A stretch of DNA of 64,000 nt from the human T2T-CHM13v2.0 reference genome, Homo sapiens: the NCBI RefSeq assembly GCF_009914755.1, contig NC_060936.1; one strand, given 5' to 3'. The notes beneath the pieces were generated by a model that was given only the letters and a program-made list of their open reading frames with translations, was not told the DNA's origin and did not search any database. This document shows positions 1-18,345 of the stretch, piece by piece (position 1 is the stretch's first letter; every line of letters begins with the position of its first letter). The position numbers were made by a program, and so were the translations under genes.

Positions 1-1405
1 TTGTGGGATTCAGTGAAAGCAGTGCTTTAGGGAAATTTACAGAATTGAATGTATGTATTTGAAAGGAAGAAATATCTAAAAATCAGTAATCTAGGATTAT
101 TGATTTCACCTTAGGAAACTAGAAAAAGAATAGAAAATAAAATCCAAATAAAGAGCAAAAAATAATAAAAATTACAGTAGAAATTAATGAAATTGAAAAG
201 AGAAAATCAATAGAGAAAACCAACAAAATCAAAAGCTGATTTTTGGAATGGGTTGATAAAATATATAAGCCTTTTGCCAAGCTAACTAAGAAGAAAAGAG
301 AAAAGACACAAATTCCTAATGTAAGAAATGAAAGAGGGCACATCACTACAAGTTCCAAGGGCATTAAAAGGATAATAAAGGAAAATTATGAACAACTCTA
401 TGCTCACAAATTTGACAACTTAGGTAAAATTAATCAAGTCCTTAGAAGACACAGTCTGCTAAAACTAAAACAAAAAAAAAATAGACAACCTACATAGGCC
501 TATCTCTACTAAAAGAAATTGAATTAATAACTAATAATCTTCTAAAACAGCACTAGGCCCTTACAGATTTATCTGGTGAATTCTCCCAAACACTTCAGAA
601 AGAAATTATACCAATTCACTACAAACTCTTCCAGAAGATAAAAAGAGGGAATCTTTTTTAATTCATTCTATGAGGCCCACATTACTCTAAACCAAATCCA
701 GACAAGGACATTCAAGAAAAGAAAATCACATACTAACATCTCTCATGAAAATCGATGCAAAAATTCTCAGTGAAATATTAGCAAATTGAATTCCATTAAT
801 TTATAAAAAGAATTTTACACCAGAACCAAATGCAGTTTATCTGAGGTATGCAAGTCTGTTGCAACATTCAAAAATCAATTAGTGTAATCCATCATATTAA
901 TAGGCTAACAAAGAAAAATTACATAATTATATCATTAAATGCAGAAAAAAGCATTTGACAAAATCCAACATCTATCCACAATAAAGAAAACTCTTAGTTT
1001 ACTAGAAATGGAGGAGAACTTTCTCAACTTAATAAAGAACATTTACAAATGCCCAAGAGTTTACATCATACTTAATGGTGAGAAACTAGACGCTTTCCCA
1101 CTACTGTCAGAAATAAGGCAAGGATGTCTCCTTTAACCACTGCTTTTCAATTCATACTGGAAGTTCTAGCTCATGCGATAAAACAAGAAAAGAAAAGGTA
1201 TACAGATTGGGTAGGAAGAAAGAAAACCGTCTTTGTTTGCAGATAATATTATTGTCTATGGAGAAAAACTTTAAAAAATCAAAAAGTCTCCTAGAACTAA
1301 CAAGCAGTAATAACAGTTACAGGATACAAGGTTAATGTACAAAAGTTCATCACTTTCCTATATGTCAGCAATGAACAAGTGGAATTTGAAATTAAAAACA
1401 CATTA

Positions 1406-1770
<365 letters not shown>

Positions 1771-3053
1771 TTATGAGGAAAACTACAAAACTCTAATGAA
1801 AGGTATCAAAAAATAACAAATGGAGAGACATTTGATATTCATGGATAGGAAGACTCAATATTATCAAAATGTCCATTCTTCTCAACCTGATCTGTAGATT
1901 GAATGCAATATCAATTAAAATCCCAGTAAATTGTTTTATAGATATCAGCAAATTTATTCTAAAGTTTATATGGAAAAGCAAAAGACCCAGAATAGCCGAC
2001 AAAATATTGAAGGAGAAGCACAAAGTCGGAGAATAGACAGGACATCAAGACTCACTATAAAGCTATAGTAATTGAGACAGTGTGGTACTGGTGAAAGAAG
2101 AGACAAACAGATCAACGGAATAGAATAGAGAGCTCAAAAATAGACTGACATAAAGATAGTCAATCGCTTTTGACAAAGGAGCAAAGGCAATATAATGGAG
2201 AAAAGGCAATCCTTTCAACAAATGGTGCTAGAATACTTGGACATCCATGTGGAGAAAAATGAATCTAAACAGACCTTATACTTTTCACAAAACTTTACTC
2301 AAGATGGATCATAGATCTATATGTAAAATGCAAAACTATGAAACTCCTAGAGTATAACATAGGAGAAAGCCAATGATTTTGGATATGGCAGTGACTCTTT
2401 AGATACAACAGGAAAGGCACAATCCGTGAAAGAAATAATTGATAAGCTAGACTTCATTAAATTAAAAACTTCAGCTCTGTGAAAGACAATGTCAAGAGAA
2501 TGAGAAGACAAGCCACAGACTGAAAATACTCGCGAAAGACACATCTAACAAAGGACTGTTATCCAAAGTACACAAAGAAATCTTAATACTTAACAATAAG
2601 AAAATGAACAACCTGGATGAGAAATGTACCAAAGACCTTAACAGATACCCCACCAAAGAAGATATACAGATGGCAAGTTAGAATATGAACAGATGTTCAA
2701 CATCATATGTCATTAGGGAATTGTAAATTAAAGCAATGAGCCATCCCTACATACCTATTAGCATGGCAAAAATCCAAAATACCACACAAAATGCCGGTGA
2801 GGATGTGGAATAATAGCAACACTCATCCATTGCTGGTAGAAATGCATAATGGTATAGCTACTTTGGAATATTGTTTGTAAGTTTCTAAAAAGAACAAAAC
2901 ATATTCTCACCAGCAATCACACTCCTTAGTATTAACCCAAATGAGGTGAAAACTTAATGTCCACACAAAACTTGCATGTGAAAGTCCATACCAGCTTTAT
3001 TCATAATTGTTAAGACTTGGAAGCAATCAATATGCTCTTTAATAGGTAAATAA

Positions 3054-3353
<300 letters not shown>

Positions 3354-4090
3354 GTTAAATAGATGAATAAACTGTAGTACATCCAGACAATGGGATGTAA
3401 ACAAACAAGCAAACAACAACAACAAAGAGCTATCAATCTATGAAAAGACACAGAGGAAACTTAAACACATATCACTATATCACTAAGTGTAAAAACATAA
3501 TCTGAAAAGGCCACTCCTGTATGATTCCAACTATATGACATTCTGGAAAAGGCAAAACTATAAAGACAGTAAAAAGATTAGTAGTTGCTAGGGGTTGTGG
3601 GGTGGGAAGGATGAATAGGTAGAGAACACAAGATTTTTAGGGCAGTGAAACTATTTGGTATGATACGAAAACAGTGGATACATGTCATTACACATTTTTC
3701 AAAAGCCATAAAGTGTACACTACCAGGAGTGAACTCTTACGTAAGTTATGGACTTTGGATGATAATGACATGTAAAAGGAGGTTCATCAATTGTAACAGA
3801 AATACAACTGTGGTGCAGGATGATGATAGCGAGGGAGGTTGTATGTATGTAGGAACAGGTGATATATGGGAACTGTACTGTGACCCTAAAACTGCTCCGA
3901 AAAAAACTAACGTTTCTGTTGAAGAGAGCATCATTTAAGCAACCTAATATATGTGTAATGGGAGTCTCTAATACAGGGGAAGGGATGGAAAAAATATTTG
4001 AAGAAATGCTGGCTCAAATTTCCCAAATTTGAGGAAAACCATAAAGTCACGGATCAAGTAGAGGAAACATAAAGAAAACTATGAGGTGTG

Positions 4091-4431
<341 letters not shown>

Positions 4432-4444
4432 TTAAAAAGTTTCA

Positions 4445-7730
<3,286 letters not shown>

Positions 7731-7734
7731 CATT

Positions 7735-7990
7735 TGTGATGGTTAATTTTGTGTCAACTTTGTTGGGTTACGGAGCGCAGCTATTAGGTCAAACATTATT
7801 CTGGATGTCCCTGCGAGGCTGTTTTTAGATAAGTTTACCATTTAAATGGGTAAACTTTGAATAAAGCATGCTCTCCTCCATAATGTGAGTGAGCCTCACC
7901 CAGTCAGTGGAAGGCCAGAATAGAACAAAAGGACTGACCTCCCCTGAGCAAGAAGGGATTCTGCAGCAGGTGGTCTTCAGATTAAACCTC
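7735..7990 (+). mobile_element. MLT2 (ERVL) LTR fragment
   Basis: TGTGATGGTTAATTTT..GTGTCAACTT start and ggtcaaacattattctggatgt. Confidence 0.75.
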
Positions 7991-8019
7991 TACCTCTACA
8001 TGTACAAAACCAACTACGT

Positions 8020-10070
8020 ATACAAGACCGTATACAAAAATCAACTCAAAATGGATTCAAGACTTAAACGTAAAACCCAGAACTATGAAATTACTATAAG
8101 AAAACATAGGGGAATTACTTCACAAATTGGGTTGGGTAAGGAGTCTTTAAATAAGACCTCAAAAGCACAAGTAACAAAAGCAAAAATGGACAAATGAGAC
8201 TATATCCAACTAAAAAGCTTTTCCAAAGCAAAAACAAAAATAAAAAAAAAAACAGAGTTGAGACAACCTACAGAATGAGAGAAGGTATTTGCAAAGTATA
8301 CATCTGTCAAGGATTAATATCCAGAATAGATAAGGAATTCAAAGAACTCAACAGCAAAACAACAACAACAACAACAAAGCAAAGCAAAACAAAAAAAGTC
8401 TGATTTTAAAATGGGCAAAAGACCTTAATAGACATTTCTTAAAAGAAGACACACCAATGGCCAACAGGCATATGAAGAAATGCTCAACATCACTAATCAT
8501 CAGGGAAATGCAAATCAAAACTACCGTGAGCCACCATCTCACTCCAGTTAGAATAGCTGTTGTAAAAAAGATGAAAGAAAACAAGTGTTAGTGAGGATGT
8601 GGAGAAAAGGGAACACTTACACATTGTTGGTGGAATTGTAAACTAGTACAGCCATTATGAAAAACAGCATGGAGTTTCCTAAAAATATTAAAAGTAGAAC
8701 TACCATATTATGCAGCAATCCTACTACAAAGTGTAAGTCCAAAGGAAATGAAATCAGTATGCCAAAGAGATATCTGCACTCTCATGTTTATTGCACCACT
8801 ATTTACAATAGCCAAGATATGAAGATACGGAATCAATGTAAGTGTCCATCAACAGATAAATGGAGAAAGAAATATATATATATATATATACGCACACACA
8901 ATGAAATACTATTCAGCTATAAAAAGAATGAAATCCTGTCATTCATGACAACATGGATGGACGTGGAAGACACCATGTGAAGTAAAATGAACCAGACATA
9001 GAAAGACAAATACTGCATTATCTCACTTATATATGGAATCTAAAAACATAAGAGTTGATATTATAGAAGCAGAGAGTATAACAGTGGTTACCAGAGACTG
9101 GGAAGGGGAAGGGGAAGAAGCAGATGAGGAGAGGTTGGTCAATGGGAGCAAAGTCACCACTGATGGGAGGAATAAGTTCTGGTGTTCTATTGTATGGTGG
9201 GGTGATTATGGCTAATAGTAAAATACTGTATATCGCAAAATAGCTAGAAGAGAGACTTTTGAATGTTCTCACCACAAAGAAATGATAAATGCATGAGGTG
9301 ATAGATGAGGTGTCATTAGAGAAATACAAATAAAAACTACAATAAGATATCCTTTCACACCCACTAGAAAGGCTCTATAATAAAAAACATAGACAATAAC
9401 AAGGGTTTGTGAGATTGTGGAAAAGAAAAAACTGAAACCCCCATATACTGCTGGAGAGAAGGTAAAATGACACACCCTTGAAGAATAGCTTAGTGGCTCC
9501 TCAAAAAGCTAAGTGTAAATTTACAGTATGATCCAGCATTTCCACTCCTAGATATCTACCCAAAATAGATAAAAACATGTATCCACACAAAGGTTTATAT
9601 AGGAATGGTCACAGCAACATTATTCATGGTAACTCCAAAGTGGAAACAATAAAATGCCTGGTGAATGAATGAACAAAATGTGCTCTATCCTTATGGGGAA
9701 TACTATTTGGCAATAAATGGTACAAAATACTAATGCATGCTATACAATGGAAAAACTTTAAAAGCTTTATGCTAAATTAAAGAAGCCAGGCCCCCAAAAT
9801 CACATATCATATGATTCTATTATATAAAATATCCCTAAAAGGCAAATCTATAGAGACAGAAAGTAAATTAGTGGTTGCCAGAGACTACAGGTGAAAAAGG
9901 GTGGTTACTCCAGATGAACATGAGGGATCTTTTGGGGATGATGAAATGTTTTAAAATTGAATTGTGGTGATGGTTGCACAAGTGTAAATTTACTGAAACT
10001 CTTGGAATTTTATATTTGAAACAAGTAAATTTTATAATATGCAAATTATACTTCAATCAAGCTGTCTAAA
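8020..10070 (+). mobile_element. Stacked L1MA and L1MB/ME 3' ends
   Basis: ORF2 C-terminal and 3' UTR motifs occur twice in succession. Confidence 0.75.
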
Positions 10071-10359
10071 AACACAGGAGAGCTTTTTATCGAGATTGAC
10101 AATTTGACTCTAAAATGTATAGGAAGTGGAAATGTCCAAAAATAGTGAAAACAATTTTGAAAGGGAAGGACAAAGTCGGAAAACTTATGTGAAGATTTCT
10201 ATAAAGCTGCAGAAATCAAGAGGGCGTGATACTGTTGCAAGACAGATGTATAGATCAATGCAGCTGAATAGAGTCCAGGCAGAGATTCACACATGCATAG
10301 ACAACCACTTTCAGCAAAAACAAAAAGGTAATTCAATAAATGATGCTGGAACAATCCAC

Positions 10360-10740
10360 AGGTGGGGTAGACAGAATGATGCTCACCGATCCCCCCCCCC
10401 AAGATGTCCATGTTCTAATCCCTAGAACATGAGGATGTTACCTTATATGAAAAAATAGGATGTCGCATGTATGATCAAATGAAGGACTTTCAGATGGGGA
10501 GATTATCCTGGATTATTCAGGTGAGCCCAATCTAAGTATGAGAGTCCTTAAACATGGGAGAAACAAGGAGGAAAGAGAGGAAGATGTGACTACAAGAGGA
10601 AGGCACAGAGGAATGCAGTGTTTCTGCCTCTGAAGATGGAGAAAAGAGGACATGAGCCAAGGAGTAGAATATGGGTGGCATCTAGCAGCTGGAAAGGCAA
10701 AGAAATGGAGATTATCTTCTAGAGTATCCAGAAAAGAATA
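10360..10740 (+). mobile_element. MLT1D-like MaLR LTR
   Basis: ccccaagatgtccatgttctaatcccta...gggagattatcctggattatt. Confidence 0.75.
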
Positions 10741-10852
10741 TTTATGACTTTGGTTAGGAGACGGTTACTTAGGTACTATACTAAAAGCAGGATCTATAAA
10801 AGAAAATAATTTTAAATTAGATGTGTCTTTTGAAGACCAGAAGTTTTTTTAA

Positions 10853-11163
<311 letters not shown>

Positions 11164-11169
11164 AGAAGT

Positions 11170-12140
11170 TTTTAATTTTGATAAAATTAATGTTGTTAAG
11201 AAAATAAAAAAACAAGCCACAACCTGGGAGAAAATATTTGCAGTACATATATGTGAGAAAGGACTGATGTTCAGAATATATAAAGAACTCTTGCAGCTCC
11301 ATAATATGACACAACTCAATTGAGCAAAAGATTCGAGCAGACCCTCCATAAGAGAAATATAAAAATGGTCAATTAGCACATGAAAAGATGCTTAACAGCA
11401 TTTTGCCTGGAAAAGGCAAATCGATACCACAATGAGATGCTATTTCATATCCACTAGAATAGCTAAAATTAAAAGATATGAGAATGCCAAGTATGGATGA
11501 GGATGAGGAGCAACTTGGAGCTCTCAAACACTGCTGGTGGGAATGTAAAATGGTACAACCTCTTGGCAGTTCTTATAAAGCTTCAAGTATACTTACTATA
11601 CAGCTCAACAATTTCATGCTAGGCCTTTGCCCGAGACATTCATTTCATACAAAAACTGTAAACTTGTACATGAAAATTAACAGCAGATATATACATAATT
11701 GCTCTGAACCAGAAACAACTCACATGTACATCAACCAGAGAACGATTGACAAAATGTGGTACATCCATACAATGGACAACTGCTGAACAATAACACTGTT
11801 ATATGCAGTAACATGTAGGCATCTCAAAACCATTTGCTGGGCCCAAGCTACACAAGAGAGTTCAGACTTTATGATTCAATTTCTTAAGAAATAAAATGCT
11901 AGAATAGGAAAAAAAAAAACAACCCAAAAAACCCAATACTGACAGAAGGCAGATTAGTGGTGCAGAGCCAGGAGTGGTGGGAATTGAATGCAAAGGGGCA
12001 TATGGGAACATTTTGGGGTGATGGAAATAATCTGTATCTTGACTGTTGTGATGGTTGCACATTTTTCAAAATGTGTTAAATAGTATACTTAAATGACTAT
12101 ATTTTATTCTATGTAAATTATATTTTTAAAAAGTTGATTA
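11170..12140 (+). mobile_element. L1ME/MB 3' end
   Basis: ctgctggtgggaatgtaaaatggtacaacc and ttttggggtgatggaaat motifs. Confidence 0.7.
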
Positions 12141-13417
12141 AAATATGATTTTGAAATTTCAAATAACAAAGGAAGGTCAGACAATATTTATTCTATATAA
12201 TTAGAAGCACTGACTGAAGATATTTGAGAAACACAGGGGCACATAGTCTCTAAGGTTACATCGGCTCTGATACGCCATGACTTCAGGAAAGAGGCTGAAA
12301 GCCTAGGAAAACAGGTTTAGGCTTGACATGAGGAAGAAATCCCAGCAATAAACATAGAACAACTGATTTTGGAGGAGGGAGCTTGGTGGTTATACTATGC
12401 TAACTTTTTATCCTATATAGGAATGCCTGTTATAGACTCTTTTATTAGGTTATTGTGGAGATCTACTTGAAGCCATCACTCGGCAAAGCAAATCCATTAT
12501 TGGATTATACTAATTGTTAAAAAAATTATTAATAGGATTAAACTGGGAATCTTTTTCTCCTGGTAACTTTTACCCCTGGATCTTAGTCATCCAATTTTGA
12601 ATTTTACTGTTATGAGAAAAAGTCATTTGGGGGATGTCTCTCCTGGAATTCACTTCAAGGACAGGAGAGATGAGCTGCCCATCTACATGGCAGTCAGAGA
12701 GTGACGGAGGCAGTTCCCAATAAAAAAACCCCCATTGGGCTCGCATAGTTCCTGTTACCAGTTAGAGGCTCAGGGATTGTCCTCCAAATAGCTTGGCCTC
12801 AACTTTTTACATTTCTTATAATTCTGTACTTAGACCAAAAGGCTCTGTCACATATGCAGGGAGTCCATGCTAACTTACTACAGTGAAAGGGAATCTTGGT
12901 GGTTAGCTATGTTCCCCGGATGTGCTAGAAGGGACACAAACATCAGATGGAGGCTGGACTTGGTTATCTTTAAGATCCTCTGATTCTAGGGAAGTTACAA
13001 GTGTACTGTTTCAGATTACTGAATTCAGCCTCATGTTCATATATTGGGTTTCTGTGGCAAGACTGTTAGCTGGCTATCCCACAGAGATTCCTTTCTTTTT
13101 TCTGCTTTGACAAGCAACTTCGTAAGCATGAAATGTGGGCTGTGGCAACCATCTTGTGATGAAGAGGGAAAAGCCAAGAAAACTGCAGAAAGATTTAATA
13201 AGAACCTGTTATCAAGCTGCTGAATTTACCAACCCTGAATCCTCCCACCTTTAGATTCTTTTTTAAGTGAACAAACACCATCACTTAAGCAACATTAAGT
13301 TGGGTCTTTTTTTGTTGTTTCCTTTCTTCCAGTACATTCTAACTAATACAAATTCCTAAGCCATCCTAATAGACAGATGCTGTACTGAGAGCTACATCTT
13401 TTAGCTCTCTTTGATAT

Positions 13418-13940
13418 TATGGTGCTAGGTATACAGCTTCCAAGATGGGCCCCAATGATCCTTACCTACTGGTATTTCCATCCTTTGTTAGCCTCCTTCA
13501 CACTGAATCAGGGATGGGTTTTGTGACCATAGATTATGGCGGAAGTGATGGTGTGTGACTTCCGAAGCTTGTTGATGAAGGACATTGAAGCTTCTACTTG
13601 TTCTCTTGAATTGCTTCCCTGTGGGAAGCTAGCCACCATGTTGAGAGGACACTCAAGCAACCTGTGGAGAGGCCCATGTGGAGAAGAACTGAGGCGTCTC
13701 ACCATAGCCAGTCCCAGCTTGTCAGGCACGTGAAGGAGGCCCTGCAGCTCAATCAAGCCTGTAGATGACTGCAGTCTGGCTGACCTCTGATTCTGCCTTA
13801 TGAGAAACCATGAGCCAGGCCACCTGGCCAAGCCATTCTGAAATTCCCGACCCATAGAAACTATTAGAGATAATAAATATTTATTTTTAAGTCACTAACT
13901 TTGGGTAAAATTGTTACATAGAAATAGATAATTAATACAG
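13418..13940 (+). mobile_element. MLT1F/G-like MaLR LTR
   Basis: aagatgggccccaatgatcc...ggcccatgtggagaagaactgagg...gataattaataca. Confidence 0.75.
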
Positions 13941-14254
13941 GTAGCAAGTTCTGTTATCTTAGGACCCACGTTTTATTCCTCAGTTCTTAGTCACAACTGT
14001 TTTCCTTACAATTACTCAAAGCCCTACTTGAGGCTTTCCTAAATTTATCCAAAAAATTACTCACACTAGGATTTTTACTCTTTGTGTACCTAGGCCATAG
14101 ATCCAGATGCGTCAGGGCGTCCCTGTTCTGAAAACAGCTAAAGTTACTGACCGCCTCTTCCTCTTCTTCCTTTCTGTCTCCATCCTTCCTGATTCTGCAG
14201 TTACTCTAACAGTTGCAAGATTTTTCAGAACTAGGTCCTTGCAATCACTCAGAG

Positions 14255-14435
14255 CAGGAGTCAGAAAATTACAGTCTGTCGGCCAAGTGGGACCTTCTTC
14301 CTGTTTTGGTAAATAAAGTTTTATTGCACCATAGCCATGTTTATTTGTTTACATATTGTCTATGTCTGCTTTTGCAGTACAATGGCAAAGTTGAGTGGTG
14401 GTAACAGAAACCATATGGCTCACAAAACTTAAGTC
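14255..14435. mobile_element. MER58A-like hAT element
   Basis: gtaaataaagttttattg..ca.agcca; a related copy lies at about 20777-20965. Confidence 0.7.
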
Positions 14436-14840
14436 TGCACCACCAGAGTTAGCGTTTCTAATATTTCATATTGTGTACCAGCCTACCTGGGGCTTCTGTG
14501 GCAAAACTCCTGGGGAGAACTGGGCACAACATATCTCCATGTGGCAGCATTCACCTTCACAATCTGGGGAGTCTGTCATTCCAGGTTCTCATTTTCTGGC
14601 CCACAATAACCATCGGTGTATCACAACTCACCCCACTTCAGTTTTTCTGCTTTGTTCATACTAGAGTTCTCACTCCACATGTGAAGTTGTGGGATGGAGG
14701 CATCCCTTCCTTCCTTTCTTTCCTCTCTCTTTCTTCCTTCCTTCTCCCCAAAAAGGATGGGCAAGATGGCAAAATCATTTGAATTCATTACTGATGAATT
14801 GAGAAACAGTGCAAGGAGATGGGAAAATTTTGGCTGTGGG

Positions 14841-14868
14841 ACACACACATGCACACACACACACACAC
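14841..14868. repeat. (CA)n microsatellite
   Basis: acacacacatgcacacacacacacacac. Confidence 0.9.
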
Positions 14869-16153
14869 AAAACCAGAGCTGGGCGAGTTTGGCATGGAGA
14901 TGCCATCCCTTGACACATAATCACAGAGCACTTCTCAGCTCTGACCCTTCAAAGAGGAAGAGGAACAAGGGTAATTCCAGCTATTACAGGTTCTTGGGCA
15001 CCAAATGAAGTACTCTGTTGTAAATTGCATATAATCAGAGAGGAAGACTTTCATTTCTCTGTGGTTATGAATGGGACTTTTCCTTCCTCTTGTCTAGGAG
15101 GAAAGGAACTGGTTTAGATCAGTCTGGGGGAGTTTCCTTTGACGGAGATGACCAGAACTCTCTCTGGATCCTAACAGGGTTCCTGTCCTATATTGAGAAC
15201 ATGTGTCATGGAAATTCTTATGTCTCTTTTATTATACCAAAATCTCCCTTCTCCTTACCACACAATTTCTGTCCTTAGGACCAAGTACATAAACTACAAG
15301 ATGGTGGAAACTTTCAGATGGTTGGAAGTGATGGATACAGATTATAGGGTCCTGCTCATTCTATAACGTTTTTGCAACTCTATCCACATAGTCCGTGTCC
15401 TCTGGGAGCTCTCCGTTTTGTAGGGGAGACAATTATTTGTAGGAAAATACAGAGTTACAGAGGTCTGACCCTCAAGAAGCACAGAAGGGAATATATTTCA
15501 CATACTGCATATATTTTTTTTTTCTGTGCAAAGGCAGGCTGGACAAGTTTCTGCTATTTTATGCTTTTAGAGGGGACCCTTCCAGGAGTGACTGGTGATG
15601 TTCTACAGGTGATGACAGTGGCATTTGGAGATTGTTGTGCCCCTACTGGTCCAACTTCTATACCAGGACTGTCTCGCAACACATTTTCTCTTAGCCTCAC
15701 ACTGAGTAGGATACTAAGAGTGGAGTGGTAGATCCACTCTCACTGGGGACACAGTCTTCTGGAATAAAGACAAAGAATTGCATACACAAAACCATTAGAA
15801 AACCAGACAGAAGAAAACAGATTTCTGAACTGTTCAGAACAGAGTGTTCCTAACTGAAGGAAGAGGACAACATGGCCTAGAAGTTGGAGAAGACAGAGCT
15901 GAGCTAGTGGGGGTGGGGTGAGCAGAGAGGAAGGGGCAGGGCTAGGACAGCAGTCTCCCCCATCCCACAGACTGAAGCCATTTAATCCCCCCGACCTAGT
16001 TCTTACCTCCACCCTCCGTTTTATCTTCCCATTATGAATTTTTTCCATTTAGCATTTAGCACTATTTTTTATGTATCATTCTGAGCTTATCATCTATCTA
16101 CATTAGTTGATCTCTCTCAGTTTCATCAGCTTGTTTTTGCCACTATCTTCTAG

Positions 16154-16231
16154 CTCTATTATATTTTCATTGTGTGATATATTTACTTCTCACTCTATTA
16201 TATTTTCATTGTGTGATATATTTACTTCTCA
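16154..16231. repeat. Perfect 39-bp tandem duplication
   Basis: ctctattatattttcattgtgtgatatatttacttctca x2. Confidence 0.95.
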
Positions 16232-16374
16232 ATCTTGTTATTTCATATCTATTTCCCTATGTATTCTCTGTCAAATAATGTATTTCTCTATCCCTATTTA
16301 TGATCATCTCTTTTTACTTTCCTGTCCTTTCTCTATTATGTCTAAATGGTTATCTGCCTTAAGTCTTTCATTCT

Positions 16375-18345
16375 AAGAAATTAAACTGTTTCCATTTGCA
16401 GATGACACAATCTCATATATAGAAAACCCTAAAAGCTCCACCAAAAAACTTAGGACTAACAAATGATTTAGAAAAGTTGTGGGATACAAAATCAAGATAA
16501 AAAAGCAGTAGCATTTCTACACACTAATATCAAAAAAGGGAATCAAGAAAACAATTTTATTTACAATAATATCAAAAAATGTGTATAATGTAAACAATTA
16601 AATACTTAGACATAAATTTAATCAAACAGGTGAAAGATCTGTACACTGAAAACTATAAAATATTGATGAAAGAAATTTAAGAAGACATGAATAAATGAAA
16701 AGATATCCTGTGTTCATGGATTGGAAGAATTAATATTGTTAAAATGTCCATACTACCCATAGTGATCTGAGACTCAATGCAATCCCTATCAAAATTCCAG
16801 TGGCATTCCCCATAGAAATATCAAAAAAGAGTTCTAAAACTTACATGGAAGCACAAAAGACCCTTATCACCAAAAGACCTCAATCACCACTTTTGATTGA
16901 GCACAAGGAACAAAGCTGGAGGAATCACACTGCTTGAACTCAAAATCTACTATAAAGCCATAGTAATGAAAAATGCTTGGTACTGCTACAAAGATAGACA
17001 TTATAGACCCATGGAACAGAACAGAGAGCCCAGAAATAAGTCCATGGATTTACGATGAACCTATCTTCCACAAAGGTGCCAAGAACATACAACCCAGAAA
17101 GGACAGTCTATTCACAAAATGCTGTGGGGAAAACTTAATATCCACATGCAAAAGAATGAAATTGAACCCCTATCTCACCCCATATATAAAAATCAACTTG
17201 AAATGGATTAAATGCTTAAATGTAAGACCCAAAAATCTTCTTGACATTGGCCTAGCAAAGATTTTATGGATATGACCCCAAAAGCACAGGCAACAGAAAC
17301 AAAAATAGAAAAATGGGCTTTCATCAAACTAAAAGTTTACATGCAGCACAGGAAACAATCAACAGAATAAAGAAAAAATCCACAGAATGGGAGAAAATAT
17401 TTGGGGATCATACACCTGATAGGTAGTATGCAAAATATACAGTGAACTCAAACAACTAGATAACAAGAACACAAGTAATCTAATTTAAAAAGGACTTGAG
17501 TAGCTTTTTCTAAAAGAAAAAAAAGACATAAGACATATAAATGGCCGAGTAGATGAAAAAAATGCTCAACATCAGTAATCATCAGAAATGACATGAGAAA
17601 TGTCATCAGAAATGACATCAGAAATTGACAATGAGATGTCACCCGACACCTGTTAGGATGTCTATTATGTATCAGAAAGATAGGATAACAAATGTTGGTG
17701 AAGATGTGGAGAAAAGAGAATCCTTGTACACAATAAAATGCAAGGAATATAAGAATATATACTCCCATATTCACAATGGAATACTATTCAGCCATAACAT
17801 AGAATTGTGAGGAATATAGGAATATATATTCCTGTATTCACCATGGAATACTATTCAGCCTTAAAATAGACAGCAGTCCTTCCATTTGCAACAACATGGA
17901 TGAAACTGGAGGACATTATGCTGAGTGAAATAAGCAAAGCACCGAAAGGCAAATACTGCATGATGTCATTCATATGTGGAACCTTAACAAGTCGAACTCA
18001 TAGAAGCAGGGAGTAGAATGGTGGTTACCGAGGGCTGGATGAAGGGGAAGAATTAGGTAGATGTTGGAGAAATTAGGGGGGGAATTAGGCCGATGTTCAA
18101 TTAGACAGAAGGAATAAGTTCAGGAGGTCTACTGTACAACATGGTGGCTACAGTTAATGAAAACATCTTGCATACTTGCAATAGCTAACAGAGTCAATTT
18201 TAAATGTTCTTATGACAAAAAAGTAAGTATATGAGGTAATAAATATGTTAATTAGCTTGATTTAGCATTTCCACCATGTATACATCTATCAAAACATTTG
18301 TAAGCCATAAATAGTATAATTTTTGTCAATAACAATTAATTTTTA
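16375..18345 (+). mobile_element. L1MA/MB ORF2 3' half and 3' UTR
   Basis: Peptide [11 protein letters not shown]...KGAKNI...NLKWIK in the ORF track; L1M 3' UTR. Confidence 0.85.
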
